A DNA stretch of 64,000 bases from a bacterium (lineage in GTDB: Bacteria > UBA10199 > 2-02-FULL-50-16 > JAJFLM01), in NCBI GenBank assembly GCA_965216315.1, contig CBDCFN010000016.1:1824001-1888000 (forward strand), in the 5' to 3' direction. Within the stretch, counting starts at the first letter, position 1. Each line of letters begins with the position of its first letter. Of the stretch, positions 10,252 through 20,108 are shown piece after piece. The position numbers and the translations under genes were made by a program. Under the pieces are notes generated by a model. The model ran no database searches. It saw nothing but the letters and a program-made list of their open reading frames with translations, and was not told where the DNA came from.

Positions 10252-11757
10252 CTACATTCCCAATGCTACGAGATACGGTTTCATAGCATCGTTAAGCCCG
10301 ACCAAAGACGTATTCATCAGATCCAACACGACCTTGGGATAGACACCCACAATAATGACAATAATCGCTAAGGGAGCGATCGACAGTATCTCGCGACCAT
10401 TCACATCGGGAAGACTCTTATATTTTTCATTAGGCGTCCCCAAGAAGACGCGCTGAAAGCACCAGAGCATATATCCCGCAGTCAAAACAACGCCACTGAC
10501 CGAAATAATCGTGTAGACACGCCAGGTCTTAAATCCACCAATGAAGCACAAGGCCTCGCTAATAAACCCTGATAACCCCGGCAACCCAAGCGCGGCAAAA
10601 AACGCAAGCCCGGTCAGAACGGCATAACGCGGCATAATCGACGCCAATCCCCCGAAACCATCTAAATTCCGATGATGCGCACGATCGTAAATAATCCCGA
10701 CTATCAAGAATAGTTGGGCCGTGATCGTGCCATGATTAAACATTTGCAGAACAGCGCCATTCATTCCCTCGGCCGTAAAAGAAGCCATGCCCAACATACA
10801 AAAACCCATGTGACTAATCGAAGAGTAGGCAATGAGTTTTTTGAAATCTTTTTGGGCCATCGCGCACAAGGCTCCATAGACGATATTGATCACGCCCAGG
10901 ACGACAATCAACTGAGCAAAAGTCGCCGTCGCGTCCGGCAAGAGCGGATAACAAATCCGCATGATTCCATAGATTCCCATCTTGAGCAAAATCCCGGCCA
11001 GGATAACCGAAATCGCAGTCGGCGCTTGCACGTGAGCATCTGGCAACCAGGTATGAAAAGGAAATGCCGGAATCTTAATTGCAAAACCGATGAACAGCGC
11101 CAGCCAAGCAACATTACGGAAGGTCGAATTAGTCAGAATCCCCGTATGCGTCTCCTGGTTGGCCAGCGTGACGAGATTAAATACGTTACCATCACTGTAG
11201 AGATAGAAGGCCAACATGACCAAAAGCATCATCACGCTGCCAAACAGCGTATAAAGAAAAAACTTAATCGCTGCATATTCGCGACGCTCTCCACCCCAGA
11301 TACCGATTAGAAAATACATCGGCAATAACATGACTTCCCAAAAGACGAAGAAAAGGAAAAAATCGAGCGCACAAAACACACCCATCATTCCTGAGCAAAG
11401 CATTAGGAAAAGCGAAAAATAGCCTTTAACGGACTTCTTAATATTCCATGACGCCAGGACACAGACAAAGGAGATCAGCGGCGTCAATAAAATCATCGGG
11501 ATCGAGACCCCATCGGCCCCCATAAAATATTCAATGTTAAAAGCCGGAATCCAGGGATAAGGCCCTTCGATGAACTGCAAGGATGTCGTGTTCGTATCAA
11601 ATGCCGCATAAAGCATAATAGCGGCAATAAGCGTAGGAATTGTCGTCAGCAATGCCGTCCAACGAATCACTTCTTCTTTTTCCTTGGGGATAAGCAAAAT
11701 AATTAATGCCCCGACCAAGGGAAAGAATGTTAAAAATGAAAGATAGGGGAAATCCAT
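10252..11757 (-). CDS. nuoM: NADH-quinone oxidoreductase subunit M
   Basis: FWEVMLLPMY, KIPAFPFHTWLPDAHVQAPT, LLKMG, GFISE. Confidence 0.95.
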   Translation of the reverse strand: MDFPYLSFLTFFPLVGALIILLIPKEKEEVIRWTALLTTIPTLIAAIMLYAAFDTNTTSLQFIEGPYPWIPAFNIEYFMGADGVSIPMILLTPLISFVCVLASWNIKKSVKGYFSLFLMLCSGMMGVFCALDFFLFFVFWEVMLLPMYFLIGIWGGERREYAAIKFFLYTLFGSVMMLLVMLAFYLYSDGNVFNLVTLANQETHTGILTNSTFRNVAWLALFIGFAIKIPAFPFHTWLPDAHVQAPTAISVILAGILLKMGIYGIMRICYPLLPDATATFAQLIVVLGVINIVYGALCAMAQKDFKKLIAYSSISHMGFCMLGMASFTAEGMNGAVLQMFNHGTITAQLFLIVGIIYDRAHHRNLDGFGGLASIMPRYAVLTGLAFFAALGLPGLSGFISEALCFIGGFKTWRVYTIISVSGVVLTAGYMLWCFQRVFLGTPNEKYKSLPDVNGREILSIAPLAIIVIIVGVYPKVVLDLMNTSLVGLNDAMKPYLVALGM

Positions 11758-11770
11758 AGAACACTCCTAG

Positions 11771-13822
11771 TTACAGCGCTAGTCGCCAAAACATAAATAC
11801 CAAAACGCCTACCACCATTACGTAGACGTAATTTTGAATCTTGCCCGTCTGGATTAGACGTAATTCCTTACCACTAATCTGAATTGAATCGGCAATGCGA
11901 TTCACAATGCCGTCGACAAAAATCCTGTCAAACCAACCACTGATCCAAGAAATTATTTTCGTGAGAAAAGCCGAAAAGTTAACTATGCCATCTACGACTC
12001 GATTATCAAAAGCGGCTAGAAAATTCATAAGTATCAACACCGATTTGACGAAAGTCGCCTGATAGATCTCATCGACGTAAAATTTATTATAGGCCAGCTG
12101 ATATAAGCGTGAGAAACGGCGAGCCAGCTTTTCGGGAATATCCTGGCGCTTGGTGTAGAATAAAAAGCCGACATAACAAGCGATACCGGCAACGGCCAAG
12201 GAAAGGCCCATTAGGATATATTCCGCAATTGGAATTTCATGGTGCCCACCTTTGGGCACAGCCATCGCCGGCGCCAACCAGTCGTGCAAAATGTGTGAAT
12301 GATCAAGCCCAACGAGATGCCCTAAGGCTGCCGGGACACCGAGAAAACCACCAAGAATAGAAAGACCCGCCAAGACGATTAAGGGCACGGTCATTGAACG
12401 TGGCGACTCATGAATATGCGATTGAACCTCTGCATCGGACCGATTCTTGCCTAAAAAGGTCATCCCCAGGAGGCGGAACATATAGAAGGCTGTCATCGCG
12501 GCAGCGACCAGCCCGACGGCCCAGAGGATCTTATTATGCTCAAAGGCATGCCACAGAATCTCATCCTTACTAAAGAACCCTGCAAACGGAAAAATACCGG
12601 CAATGGCCAGAGTTCCAATCAGAAAAGTGGAATAGGTAATGGGCATCTTCTTTTTAAGTCCACCCATCACGCGCATATCCTGATGATTACTCATCGCATG
12701 AATGACAGAACCGGAACCGAGGAAGAGTAATGCCTTAAAGAATGCATGAGTAATAAGATGAAAAATGCCTGCAACGAATGCCGCCACGCCCATGGCCCCC
12801 ATCATGTAACCAAGTTGACTGACGGTCGAATACGCCAGGACCTTTTTAATATCATTCTGAACCAGACCGATCGAAGCCGCAAATATCGCGGTCGCAAATC
12901 CAACGGTGGCAACAACCGCCATCGTCTCAGGCGCCAGGATGAATAAACTCGACATACGTCCGATCATGTATACCCCGGCCGTGACCATAGTCGCCGCGTG
13001 AATCAACGCCGAAACCGGGGTCGGACCCGCCATGGCATCCGGCAACCATACATATAAAGGAATCTGTGCCGACTTTCCTGTCGCACCGACAAAAAATAAG
13101 AGTGTGGCTAGACCGACCGCACTCACACCAAACAAAGTCACACCTTCGAGCAAGGGGGCATACTGCCTGATCTCAGTAAACTTCACAGTCGGGTGCCCTA
13201 AACTATGCAGGGTCCAGAAGAGAATAAACAGGCCAACCAGAAATGCAAAGTCGCCAATACGGTTGACGATAAAGGCCTTCATCCCGGCCTTGGCTTTTTC
13301 AATGTCCTTATGCCAAAAGCCAATAAGTAAATACGAGCAGAGCCCCACGCCTTCCCAACCGACAAACATCAACAGGACATTCTCTCCCATCACTAAGAGC
13401 AACATCGCAAAGCTAAAAAGATTTAAATAACAGAAATAACGCGAATAGCTCGGGTCGTGATGCATGTATCCCACGGAATAGACGTGAATGAGAAAACCGA
13501 CACCCGTGATAACCATCATCAAGGAGACCGAAAGAGGATCAAGTAAAAAGGCAATATCCGCCTGCACATTGCCGATATAAATCCATTGCCACAGGTCTAC
13601 CGTGATCGAACGCGACGTCGGCGGTAACCCCATAAGATGTATTAAGACGCCCAGCGAAAGCAAAAAGGAGAGTGCGATGCTGCCGCACGCAACCGTATGA
13701 ATGAAGCTCTTGACCTGCCGTGCGCCAGAAAAGCTATAGAGCCCGTTAATAAGGGCACCAAGCAACGGGAATAAAGGAATCAATCCCGCTAAATTAATAC
13801 AAAGTTGAGTAAAGCCTTCCAC
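11771..13822 (-). CDS. nuoL: NADH-quinone oxidoreductase subunit L with a lengthened lateral helix
   Basis: GWEGVG, NRIGD, GKSAQIPLYVWLPDAMAGPTPVSALIHAATMV, HAFFKA, FFSKDEI. Confidence 0.95.
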   Translation of the reverse strand: MEGFTQLCINLAGLIPLFPLLGALINGLYSFSGARQVKSFIHTVACGSIALSFLLSLGVLIHLMGLPPTSRSITVDLWQWIYIGNVQADIAFLLDPLSVSLMMVITGVGFLIHVYSVGYMHHDPSYSRYFCYLNLFSFAMLLLVMGENVLLMFVGWEGVGLCSYLLIGFWHKDIEKAKAGMKAFIVNRIGDFAFLVGLFILFWTLHSLGHPTVKFTEIRQYAPLLEGVTLFGVSAVGLATLLFFVGATGKSAQIPLYVWLPDAMAGPTPVSALIHAATMVTAGVYMIGRMSSLFILAPETMAVVATVGFATAIFAASIGLVQNDIKKVLAYSTVSQLGYMMGAMGVAAFVAGIFHLITHAFFKALLFLGSGSVIHAMSNHQDMRVMGGLKKKMPITYSTFLIGTLAIAGIFPFAGFFSKDEILWHAFEHNKILWAVGLVAAAMTAFYMFRLLGMTFLGKNRSDAEVQSHIHESPRSMTVPLIVLAGLSILGGFLGVPAALGHLVGLDHSHILHDWLAPAMAVPKGGHHEIPIAEYILMGLSLAVAGIACYVGFLFYTKRQDIPEKLARRFSRLYQLAYNKFYVDEIYQATFVKSVLILMNFLAAFDNRVVDGIVNFSAFLTKIISWISGWFDRIFVDGIVNRIADSIQISGKELRLIQTGKIQNYVYVMVVGVLVFMFWRLAL

Positions 13823-13826
13823 TCCC

Positions 13827-14135
13827 CTACCCCTTCAATAAAGTCGCAGCTTCCACATCAATATTGTGGAAGGACCTGTAGATTGCGACGACGATTGCCA
13901 GAGCAACGGCCGCCTCTGCAGCTGCCAAAACAATAATAAATAAAGTAAAGACCGTCCCGGCAACCACCTGTCCGCCATAATGAGCAAAGGCAACAAAGTT
14001 GATCGCCGCAGCATTCAAAATAAGTTCAACTCCCATCAAGATGGCAATCGCATTGCGGCGGGTCATGACCGTATAAAGTCCTAAACAGAGGATGAGGGCT
14101 GACAAAGCAACAAAATACCCCAAACCTAAAGTCAT
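13827..14135 (-). CDS. nuoK: NADH-quinone oxidoreductase subunit K
   Basis: RRNAIAILMGVELILNA, AAAEAAVALA. Confidence 0.95.
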   Translation of the reverse strand: MTLGLGYFVALSALILCLGLYTVMTRRNAIAILMGVELILNAAAINFVAFAHYGGQVVAGTVFTLFIIVLAAAEAAVALAIVVAIYRSFHNIDVEAATLLKG

Positions 14136-14635
14136 CGTACTGCCCTCCTGACCAACACTACGGCCCCCACCAACGCGCCCAACAGGAGCACTGAGATCAC
14201 TTCAAAAGGAAGCAAGTACTCCTTGAGCAATGCATTCCCGATCGGTGCCACAACTGACTGACTCGTCAGCGCTTCCGTAGCTAGCCAACGAGCACCGGGC
14301 AACACCGTCAACAAACCAATAAAAAGCAAAAAGATAATCGGCACAGCCATTTTCCAATGGGCCGGCTTATTCGTCACTGAACTATCCGCAATATCCGCCG
14401 TCAACATCACTGCAAACAAAATCAGGATTAAAATGCCGCCCACGTATACAAGCAACTGCGTCACAGCGACAAAATCCGCGGCCAGTAAACCGTAGAGCAC
14501 TGCTGTACCCAATAAGGTCCCCATTAATGCAAAGGCGGAGTAAATGAGATTATGTGAGAAGGCCACGACACAAGTAGACGCCACCATAAATAGGGCAACT
14601 AAAGTAAATACAACTAATTCAATCGATGGCATCAT
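14132..14635 (-). CDS. nuoJ: NADH-quinone oxidoreductase subunit J
   Basis: ADFVAVTQLLVYVGGI, YLLPFEVISVLLL; start placed just after the nuoI stop. Confidence 0.93.
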   Translation of the reverse strand: MMPSIELVVFTLVALFMVASTCVVAFSHNLIYSAFALMGTLLGTAVLYGLLAADFVAVTQLLVYVGGILILILFAVMLTADIADSSVTNKPAHWKMAVPIIFLLFIGLLTVLPGARWLATEALTSQSVVAPIGNALLKEYLLPFEVISVLLLGALVGAVVLVRRAVR

Positions 14636-14636
14636 G

Positions 14637-15116
14637 TTATTCGGTCTTTTCCGCTTTAGGTGCCACATAGGGCACGATTTTTTCCCCTTCCGGGACAAAA
14701 TTAAATACGAGCTCGCTCATGCTAAAGCTGGCTTTCTCAAATTCTTTGGTAAAATGAATCGCCCCGGTTGGGCAGGGTTCCGTGCAGAGCCCGCAATACA
14801 TACATTTACCGAGATCAATATCAAATTGAGTCAGAAAGCGTTCTTTAGTTTCTTTATCTTTATCCGTCTTGATCAGGATGCAGTCGATTGGACAATCCAT
14901 CATGCAGGCCAAACAGGCGGTACAAATTTCCATATCCACCTTAAGCAAACCGCGAAACCGCTCAGGCAAAGCTTCGGCAATGGGCTTCGGCGTCTTGTCC
15001 GGATACTGAACGGTTACGGGACGCCGAAACAAATGGGAAAAAGTAATACTCATCCCTTCAAAAATCGAGGTCGCCGCATCTGAAATATTTTTAAAATAGT
15101 TTGTTACTGCCGTCAT
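14637..15116 (-). CDS. nuoI: NADH-quinone oxidoreductase subunit I
   Basis: Two CxxCxxCxxxCP 4Fe-4S motifs, TVQYP, RFRG. Confidence 0.95.
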   Translation of the reverse strand: MTAVTNYFKNISDAATSIFEGMSITFSHLFRRPVTVQYPDKTPKPIAEALPERFRGLLKVDMEICTACLACMMDCPIDCILIKTDKDKETKERFLTQFDIDLGKCMYCGLCTEPCPTGAIHFTKEFEKASFSMSELVFNFVPEGEKIVPYVAPKAEKTE

Positions 15117-15134
15117 AGCAGCTCATCTCCATCA

Positions 15135-16340
15135 TCAAACAAACGGGTTTAAGTGTATTTCCGCCTTGGAAAAACGCAGCTGATAAATAACCCGATATAG
15201 AAAATAAACAATCGTCGCTACCGCCCCAAAAAAGAGCACGTAACTGGCAAACAAAGACCCTGCGGGCAGCAACAACATCCACACGGCGTTGCCAAGAACA
15301 CAGAAAAACCCGAAGGGGACAAAATACTTCCAGCAAAGACCCATCAATTGATCCACGCGCACCCGCGGCAAAGTCCAACGTATCCAGATAACCACGAAGA
15401 CCACCGCTAGCGCCTTAACCATAAACGTCGCTAGCTGCATCAGATTCAAAAGAACCACGCTCTTTTCCGTGGCCCAACTCGCCACGTCCGGCGGCAATTG
15501 CCAGCCACCTAGAAAAAGCGCCGTACTCACTGCCGCGATCAAGTAAAGATTTGCCCATTCTTCCAGAAAAAAAAGCGCAAAACGCATTCCCGAATATTCC
15601 GTATTGTAACCAGACACCAACTCACTCTCGGCCTCGGGTAAGTCAAAAGGTGTCCGATTCCCTTCTGCGAGCGCGGCAATAAAAACGATAAAGAAAGTAA
15701 TCACCGTAAACGGACTCTGAAACAAGTACCACTGCCAGGGATAAGCTCCCTGCCCGCCAATAATTCCTTGGAAAGAAAGAGTGCCGGACAACATTACAAT
15801 GACGAGAATCCCCAATGCCAATGGAATTTCGTAACTGATCACCTGGGCCGCAGAACGCATGGCTCCAAGTAGCGACCATTTGTTATTTGAAGACCATCCA
15901 CTCATGATCACACCGACCGTCACAATACTCGTCACCGCAATCATGTAAAAAATACCGACATTAAGATCGGCAACAATGACTTTGCTACTGAAAGGGATTG
16001 TAACAAAGGCCGCAAACATTCCGATCAATACAAGATAAGGCCCCAGACGAAACAGTAATGGATCCGCGGCACGCGGGATGATATCTTCTTTGAGTAGAGC
16101 TTTAAGTCCATCGGCAATCCACTGGAGTATGCCTTGGGGCCCCACCCGGTTCGGCCCAACGCGACTCATCATCCGCGCCGCGACACGCCTTTCGATAAAA
16201 CTCGTAATGCCTGCAAATGGCGCCACAAAAAGCATCAGCATGGCCAAGGCCGCCGCAAACTGCAGTCCGAGATGAATCGCCCACGACACATCCTTCAACG
16301 CAGGTGCCTTTTCGACAATGATGTTGACCAGTGCTTCCAT
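15135..16340 (-). CDS. nuoH: NADH-quinone oxidoreductase subunit H
   Basis: RVGPNRVGP, NRTPFDLPEAESELVSGYNTEYSG, PRVRVDQ. Confidence 0.95.
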   Translation of the reverse strand: MEALVNIIVEKAPALKDVSWAIHLGLQFAAALAMLMLFVAPFAGITSFIERRVAARMMSRVGPNRVGPQGILQWIADGLKALLKEDIIPRAADPLLFRLGPYLVLIGMFAAFVTIPFSSKVIVADLNVGIFYMIAVTSIVTVGVIMSGWSSNNKWSLLGAMRSAAQVISYEIPLALGILVIVMLSGTLSFQGIIGGQGAYPWQWYLFQSPFTVITFFIVFIAALAEGNRTPFDLPEAESELVSGYNTEYSGMRFALFFLEEWANLYLIAAVSTALFLGGWQLPPDVASWATEKSVVLLNLMQLATFMVKALAVVFVVIWIRWTLPRVRVDQLMGLCWKYFVPFGFFCVLGNAVWMLLLPAGSLFASYVLFFGAVATIVYFLYRVIYQLRFSKAEIHLNPFV

Positions 16341-16342
16341 AT

Positions 16343-17488
16343 TTACCTGTCTATCTCCGGAGCGACGACATCCAGACTTGCAATAAAAGCAATCAAATCA
16401 GCCACCATCATGCCGCGACTGATCTTTTCACATATGGCCATCGCCGTATAAGAGCTCGTTCTAAACCGGAGCCGATAGGGTTTGTCACTCCCATCACTGA
16501 CTAGATAGACGCCCAAATCACCGCGAGTACTTTCCGTCCTGACATAGACTTCACCCTTGGGGGGCCGTAATTTGCGGGGGACCTTTGACAAAAAATCCCC
16601 CGCCGGCATCAGCTCAAAACACTGTCGAAGTATCTTGACTGATTCGCCCATCTCACGAATGCGAACATCATAACGATCGAAACAATCGCCAACCGTTCCC
16701 GCATCTCCGCGACCCACCTGAACATCAAAAGCAAGTTCCGGGTACACCGAGTAAGGAATATCCTTACGGAGATCCCATTTGACCCCCGAACCCCTTAAGT
16801 TAGGACCTACTAGGTTGTAAGCAATCGCGTCTTCCTTGGAAATGACACCAACATTGCCTAAGCGTTTGCGAAAAATCTTATTACCGGTCAAAAACCGATC
16901 GTATTCATCGAGAATCAGCTCGAAACGATCGAGAGCTTTCAGAAGCCGCTCTGCAAAGCCATCCGGCAGATCAAAAATAACGCCACCGATACGCGCATAG
17001 TTGTACGTAATCCGTTGCCCACACAACTCCTCGATAAAATTATTAAAAATCTCGCGTTCTCTGAGAGCGTGAATAAAAGGGGTGTAAGCGCCCACATCCA
17101 TTCCGACGCTACCAACAGACAAAAGATGCGAAACGATGCGGTTTAATTCCGCCGCGATCACTCTCAAGAACTCACCACGCCGTGGCACTTCAATGCTGGC
17201 AAGCTTTTCGACCGCCATCGCATACGCAATATTGGCATTCATGGCGGCCAGATAATCCACCCGGTCCGTCCAGGGCATGAATCCATTATAGGTCGCTTGC
17301 TCGGCAATCTTTTCAATGGAACGATGGAGATACCCTATTTCCGGTACTGCTTTGCTCATGACCTCGCCATCGGTATGGACAACAAAACGTATCACCCCGT
17401 GGGTACTCGGATGATGGGGCCCCATGTTCAGGACCATGTCTTGTTCGCGATCCGCTGGCTCAGCGGTATTTGGCATTATTGTTGTCAT
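16343..17488 (-). CDS. nuoD: NADH-quinone oxidoreductase subunit D
   Basis: [27 protein letters not shown]-terminal EIDR; no NiFe CxxC motifs. Confidence 0.95.
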   Translation of the reverse strand: MTTIMPNTAEPADREQDMVLNMGPHHPSTHGVIRFVVHTDGEVMSKAVPEIGYLHRSIEKIAEQATYNGFMPWTDRVDYLAAMNANIAYAMAVEKLASIEVPRRGEFLRVIAAELNRIVSHLLSVGSVGMDVGAYTPFIHALREREIFNNFIEELCGQRITYNYARIGGVIFDLPDGFAERLLKALDRFELILDEYDRFLTGNKIFRKRLGNVGVISKEDAIAYNLVGPNLRGSGVKWDLRKDIPYSVYPELAFDVQVGRGDAGTVGDCFDRYDVRIREMGESVKILRQCFELMPAGDFLSKVPRKLRPPKGEVYVRTESTRGDLGVYLVSDGSDKPYRLRFRTSSYTAMAICEKISRGMMVADLIAFIASLDVVAPEIDR

Positions 17489-17493
17489 ATGGT

Positions 17494-17643
17494 TTATTGG
17501 AGTAATGATGTCCGTGTTGTGCTGATTCCGTGGTAGTCTTCCGCGGCTTTAATAGGGGCTTGCGTCGCCCCCTCCAGAAGCAAAGCTCCTGGAGCCTCCC
17601 CCTCTCGCTCGCGTTGCTCGCTATACGACATTCTGTAATCCAT
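17494..17643 (-). CDS. Putative 49-aa micro-ORF: in-frame repeat fused to a recoded NuoC tail
   Basis: Hand translation [49 protein letters not shown]; fills the nuoC-nuoD gap with 5-nt spacers on each side. Confidence 0.4.
   Translation of the reverse strand: MDYRMSYSEQREREGEAPGALLLEGATQAPIKAAEDYHGISTTRTSLLQ
17553..17623. repeat. 71-bp structured repeat, family A, copy 1
   Basis: TAGGGGCTTGCGTCGCCCCCTCCAGAAGCAAAGCTCCTGGAGCCTCCCCCTCTCGCTCGCGTTGCTCGCTA; four copies in the window. Confidence 0.9.
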
Positions 17644-17648
17644 GCCGA

Positions 17649-18176
17649 TCATTGCAGCAACGATGTCCTTGTAGTACTGATTCCGTGATAATCTTCCGCT
17701 TCCTTATAATCTTTTCTTAAGGGGTGGCCGGGCCAATCATCAGGCATCATGATGCGCCGCATATCGCTATGACCATCAAAAACAATTCCGAATAAATCGT
17801 AGATTTCACGTTCAAACCAGTTGGCTATCGGCCAAACGGCTTCAACTGTCGGGACTTTTGGAGTGCCCTCATGAGTCAAAACAACTTTAAAGGCAATACT
17901 ATGCCCGTGTTTATAAGAAAAAAGATTGTAGACAACTTCAAACGACTCTTTGCGATCAATCGCCGTCTGATCACTTAAGCAATCAAAGTCAAAGCTATCC
18001 ATCACTTTCATCAGTTCGCATACATCTTTGATTCGCGCCGCAGGAATAACGATGTATGTATCACCCGCATGCCCCGGCTCATCCTTGGCGGGGGCAGGAA
18101 TCTGCCCTTCGCAGAGTTGAAACTCATCGTCTGGAAATTTCTCTTTGATTGCTTTTAAGATTTCTTGAGTCATCAT
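17649..18176 (-). CDS. nuoC: NADH-quinone oxidoreductase subunit C
   Basis: WFEREIYDLFGIVFDGH, RRIMMPDDWPGHPLRKD; start placed after the nuoB stop. Confidence 0.95.
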   Translation of the reverse strand: MMTQEILKAIKEKFPDDEFQLCEGQIPAPAKDEPGHAGDTYIVIPAARIKDVCELMKVMDSFDFDCLSDQTAIDRKESFEVVYNLFSYKHGHSIAFKVVLTHEGTPKVPTVEAVWPIANWFEREIYDLFGIVFDGHSDMRRIMMPDDWPGHPLRKDYKEAEDYHGISTTRTSLLQ

Positions 18177-18193
18177 ACTCTGCAAATTCTTCG

Positions 18194-18688
18194 CTAAGCT
18201 GCTTGAGTCCGCCGCACCAGAAATTTTTCCTTGCGCATTTTTTCTTGTATCTTGAGTAAGCCTTCTGTCAGGGCCTCGGGACGTGGGGGGCAACCCGGCA
18301 CGTAGACATCAACCGGAATAATCTTGTCGACACCTTTCACAACTGAGTAGGCTGGTTGAAACAAGCCACCACAGTTAGAGCAACTGCCCATCGAAATCAC
18401 GTATTTTGGTTCAGCCATCTGGTCATATAAAAGCTTGGTTCGAAGCGCCATCTTGTAGGTGAGCGTTCCAGCAACAATCAATAGATCCGATTGTCGCGGC
18501 GTCGCCCTTGGCACGGAACCAAAACGATCCAGATCCGCTCGAGGGCCACCCGTCTGCATCAGTTCAATGGCGCAACAAGCAAGTCCAAAGAGGAGATACC
18601 ACAACGAAGAGGCCCGGCCCCAATTGATCACATCATCGAGTTTGGTTGTGATCAAAGTATCCGGCAGTTGATTCTTAAGCGTAAACAT
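18194..18688 (-). CDS. nuoB: NADH-quinone oxidoreductase subunit B
   Basis: [30 protein letters not shown]. Confidence 0.96.
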   Translation of the reverse strand: MFTLKNQLPDTLITTKLDDVINWGRASSLWYLLFGLACCAIELMQTGGPRADLDRFGSVPRATPRQSDLLIVAGTLTYKMALRTKLLYDQMAEPKYVISMGSCSNCGGLFQPAYSVVKGVDKIIPVDVYVPGCPPRPEALTEGLLKIQEKMRKEKFLVRRTQAA

Positions 18689-18703
18689 CTCGCACTCCCC
18701 AAC

Positions 18704-19147
18704 TTAGGCAGCCTTTGCCGCAGTGCCTTCGTCTTTAGAATCGTTCGTAGGCGCGGTCAGCTCCGACGATAGTTGCTTGATCCACTCCAAGTCTCCATGG
18801 ACCCAGACATAAATCAAACCCAGTAAAAGTATCCCTACAAAGACAGCAATCTCGCCTAACGCCAACCAGCCCTGACCATTCGCCATCCATTCTTTAAAAA
18901 CGACCCCAACCGGCAACATCAAAGCGATTTCAACGTCGAAAATGATGAACAGTAACGCGATCAGATAAAAGCGCATGTTGAAGTTGATCCAGGCGGGACC
19001 AACGGGGACCTCCCCACACTCGTAAGTCGTTAATTTTTCAGCAGTTGGGACGGAGGGACGCACCAGTCGGCCCAGACTGAGTGAGACCATCACAAAGCCG
19101 AAGCCAACAAGGAAAAAGACTAATATATTCGACAAGTTGAGAGGCAT
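18704..19147 (-). CDS. nuoA: NADH-quinone oxidoreductase subunit A
   Basis: KLTTYECG, RFYLIALLFIIFDVE; AAGGAG RBS before ATG 19147. Confidence 0.95.
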   Translation of the reverse strand: MPLNLSNILVFFLVGFGFVMVSLSLGRLVRPSVPTAEKLTTYECGEVPVGPAWINFNMRFYLIALLFIIFDVEIALMLPVGVVFKEWMANGQGWLALGEIAVFVGILLLGLIYVWVHGDLEWIKQLSSELTAPTNDSKDEGTAAKAA

Positions 19148-19211
19148 TTGACTCCTTGCATCAAACCGCGTCGTATACTTATCGAGGCCCCTGGGCATCG
19201 TCAAGGGCTTT

Positions 19212-19718
19212 ATGATTAGAATCATGAGGAAATGCCTAGTCTTTCTCCGAATGCGGAGTTTGACAAGCGTACGGATGCCCCGTAAAGAAAGCTCCGTGTC
19301 AGCAACTTGGACAAAAGTGGCCCTGGTGAGCCTCGGAATGCTTATTTTAGCAAGCCCTGCCGGCTATGCGCAAGAGGCAGAGCCGGCCGCCGCTCCGGAG
19401 GAAGCCGAGACCAAGATCCCCGGAACCGGCTCTGACACCTTCATCCAGGTCCAAGTTCACAAGATTCTGCTGACGTTCGTGGACTTTCATAAACACGAGC
19501 CACTCCGGGCCGCGAAAGAACAAATGAGATCCATCCCCGGGGTCACGGATTTCATTCCCCATACGGCGACCAAGGGGCTCATCACCTATGATGTCCGTTA
19601 TTCAGGAACCCCTCGCCTCCTCATGAAAGCCCTCAAAGACACTATCGGCGTAAAATATGAGTTGGGTCTCAAAGAAATAGCTAAAAAAGAGTGGGAAATT
19701 ACGGTTCGAAAATTATAA
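19212..19718 (+). CDS. Hypothetical exported protein
   Basis: Signal-peptide-like segment ending AGYA; true start probably downstream of 19212. Confidence 0.6.
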   Translation: MIRIMRKCLVFLRMRSLTSVRMPRKESSVSATWTKVALVSLGMLILASPAGYAQEAEPAAAPEEAETKIPGTGSDTFIQVQVHKILLTFVDFHKHEPLRAAKEQMRSIPGVTDFIPHTATKGLITYDVRYSGTPRLLMKALKDTIGVKYELGLKEIAKKEWEITVRKL

Positions 19719-19730
19719 ACCCTAGCTACT

Positions 19731-20099
19731 TTGCTTCCTGAACTCATCGACATTATCGCCAAGAGTCGAGAACCGTACGATCGACGCGACTTCAACTCGG
19801 TCTTCTTTAAGCTCGTGCTTTTCTCGATGGCACTCTCATTCTTGGCCTCCAAATTAGCCGGCCATCTCCCCCCCTGGCTTGATCAGGCCTTGATGCCTAT
19901 CCTCGGACTGATCTGGGCCTTTGTCTTCGTGTTTATCTTCGCCGCGATCATCAGGCGCCTTCGAGACCTCCACTGGTCGCCTTGGCTCGCACTCGTCATG
20001 ATGATTCCGTTGGCGAATTTTATCTTGTTGTTGTTTTTGCTCTTGAGGAAAGGGCCGCTGACTGCGCAGCCCAACAGAGAAGACGACCACGCCGGCTAA
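19731..20099 (+). CDS. DUF805-like membrane protein
   Basis: IRRLRDLHWSPW...IPLAN...LLRKG motif. Confidence 0.7.
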   Translation: MLPELIDIIAKSREPYDRRDFNSVFFKLVLFSMALSFLASKLAGHLPPWLDQALMPILGLIWAFVFVFIFAAIIRRLRDLHWSPWLALVMMIPLANFILLLFLLLRKGPLTAQPNREDDHAG

Positions 20100-20108
20100 A
20101 GTGCGATT

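Noticed and set aside
16343..18688. nuoB/C/D as a group 4 NiFe hydrogenase
   Set aside because: The large subunit lacks both CxxC Ni ligand motifs and keeps the quinone-site His/Tyr motifs
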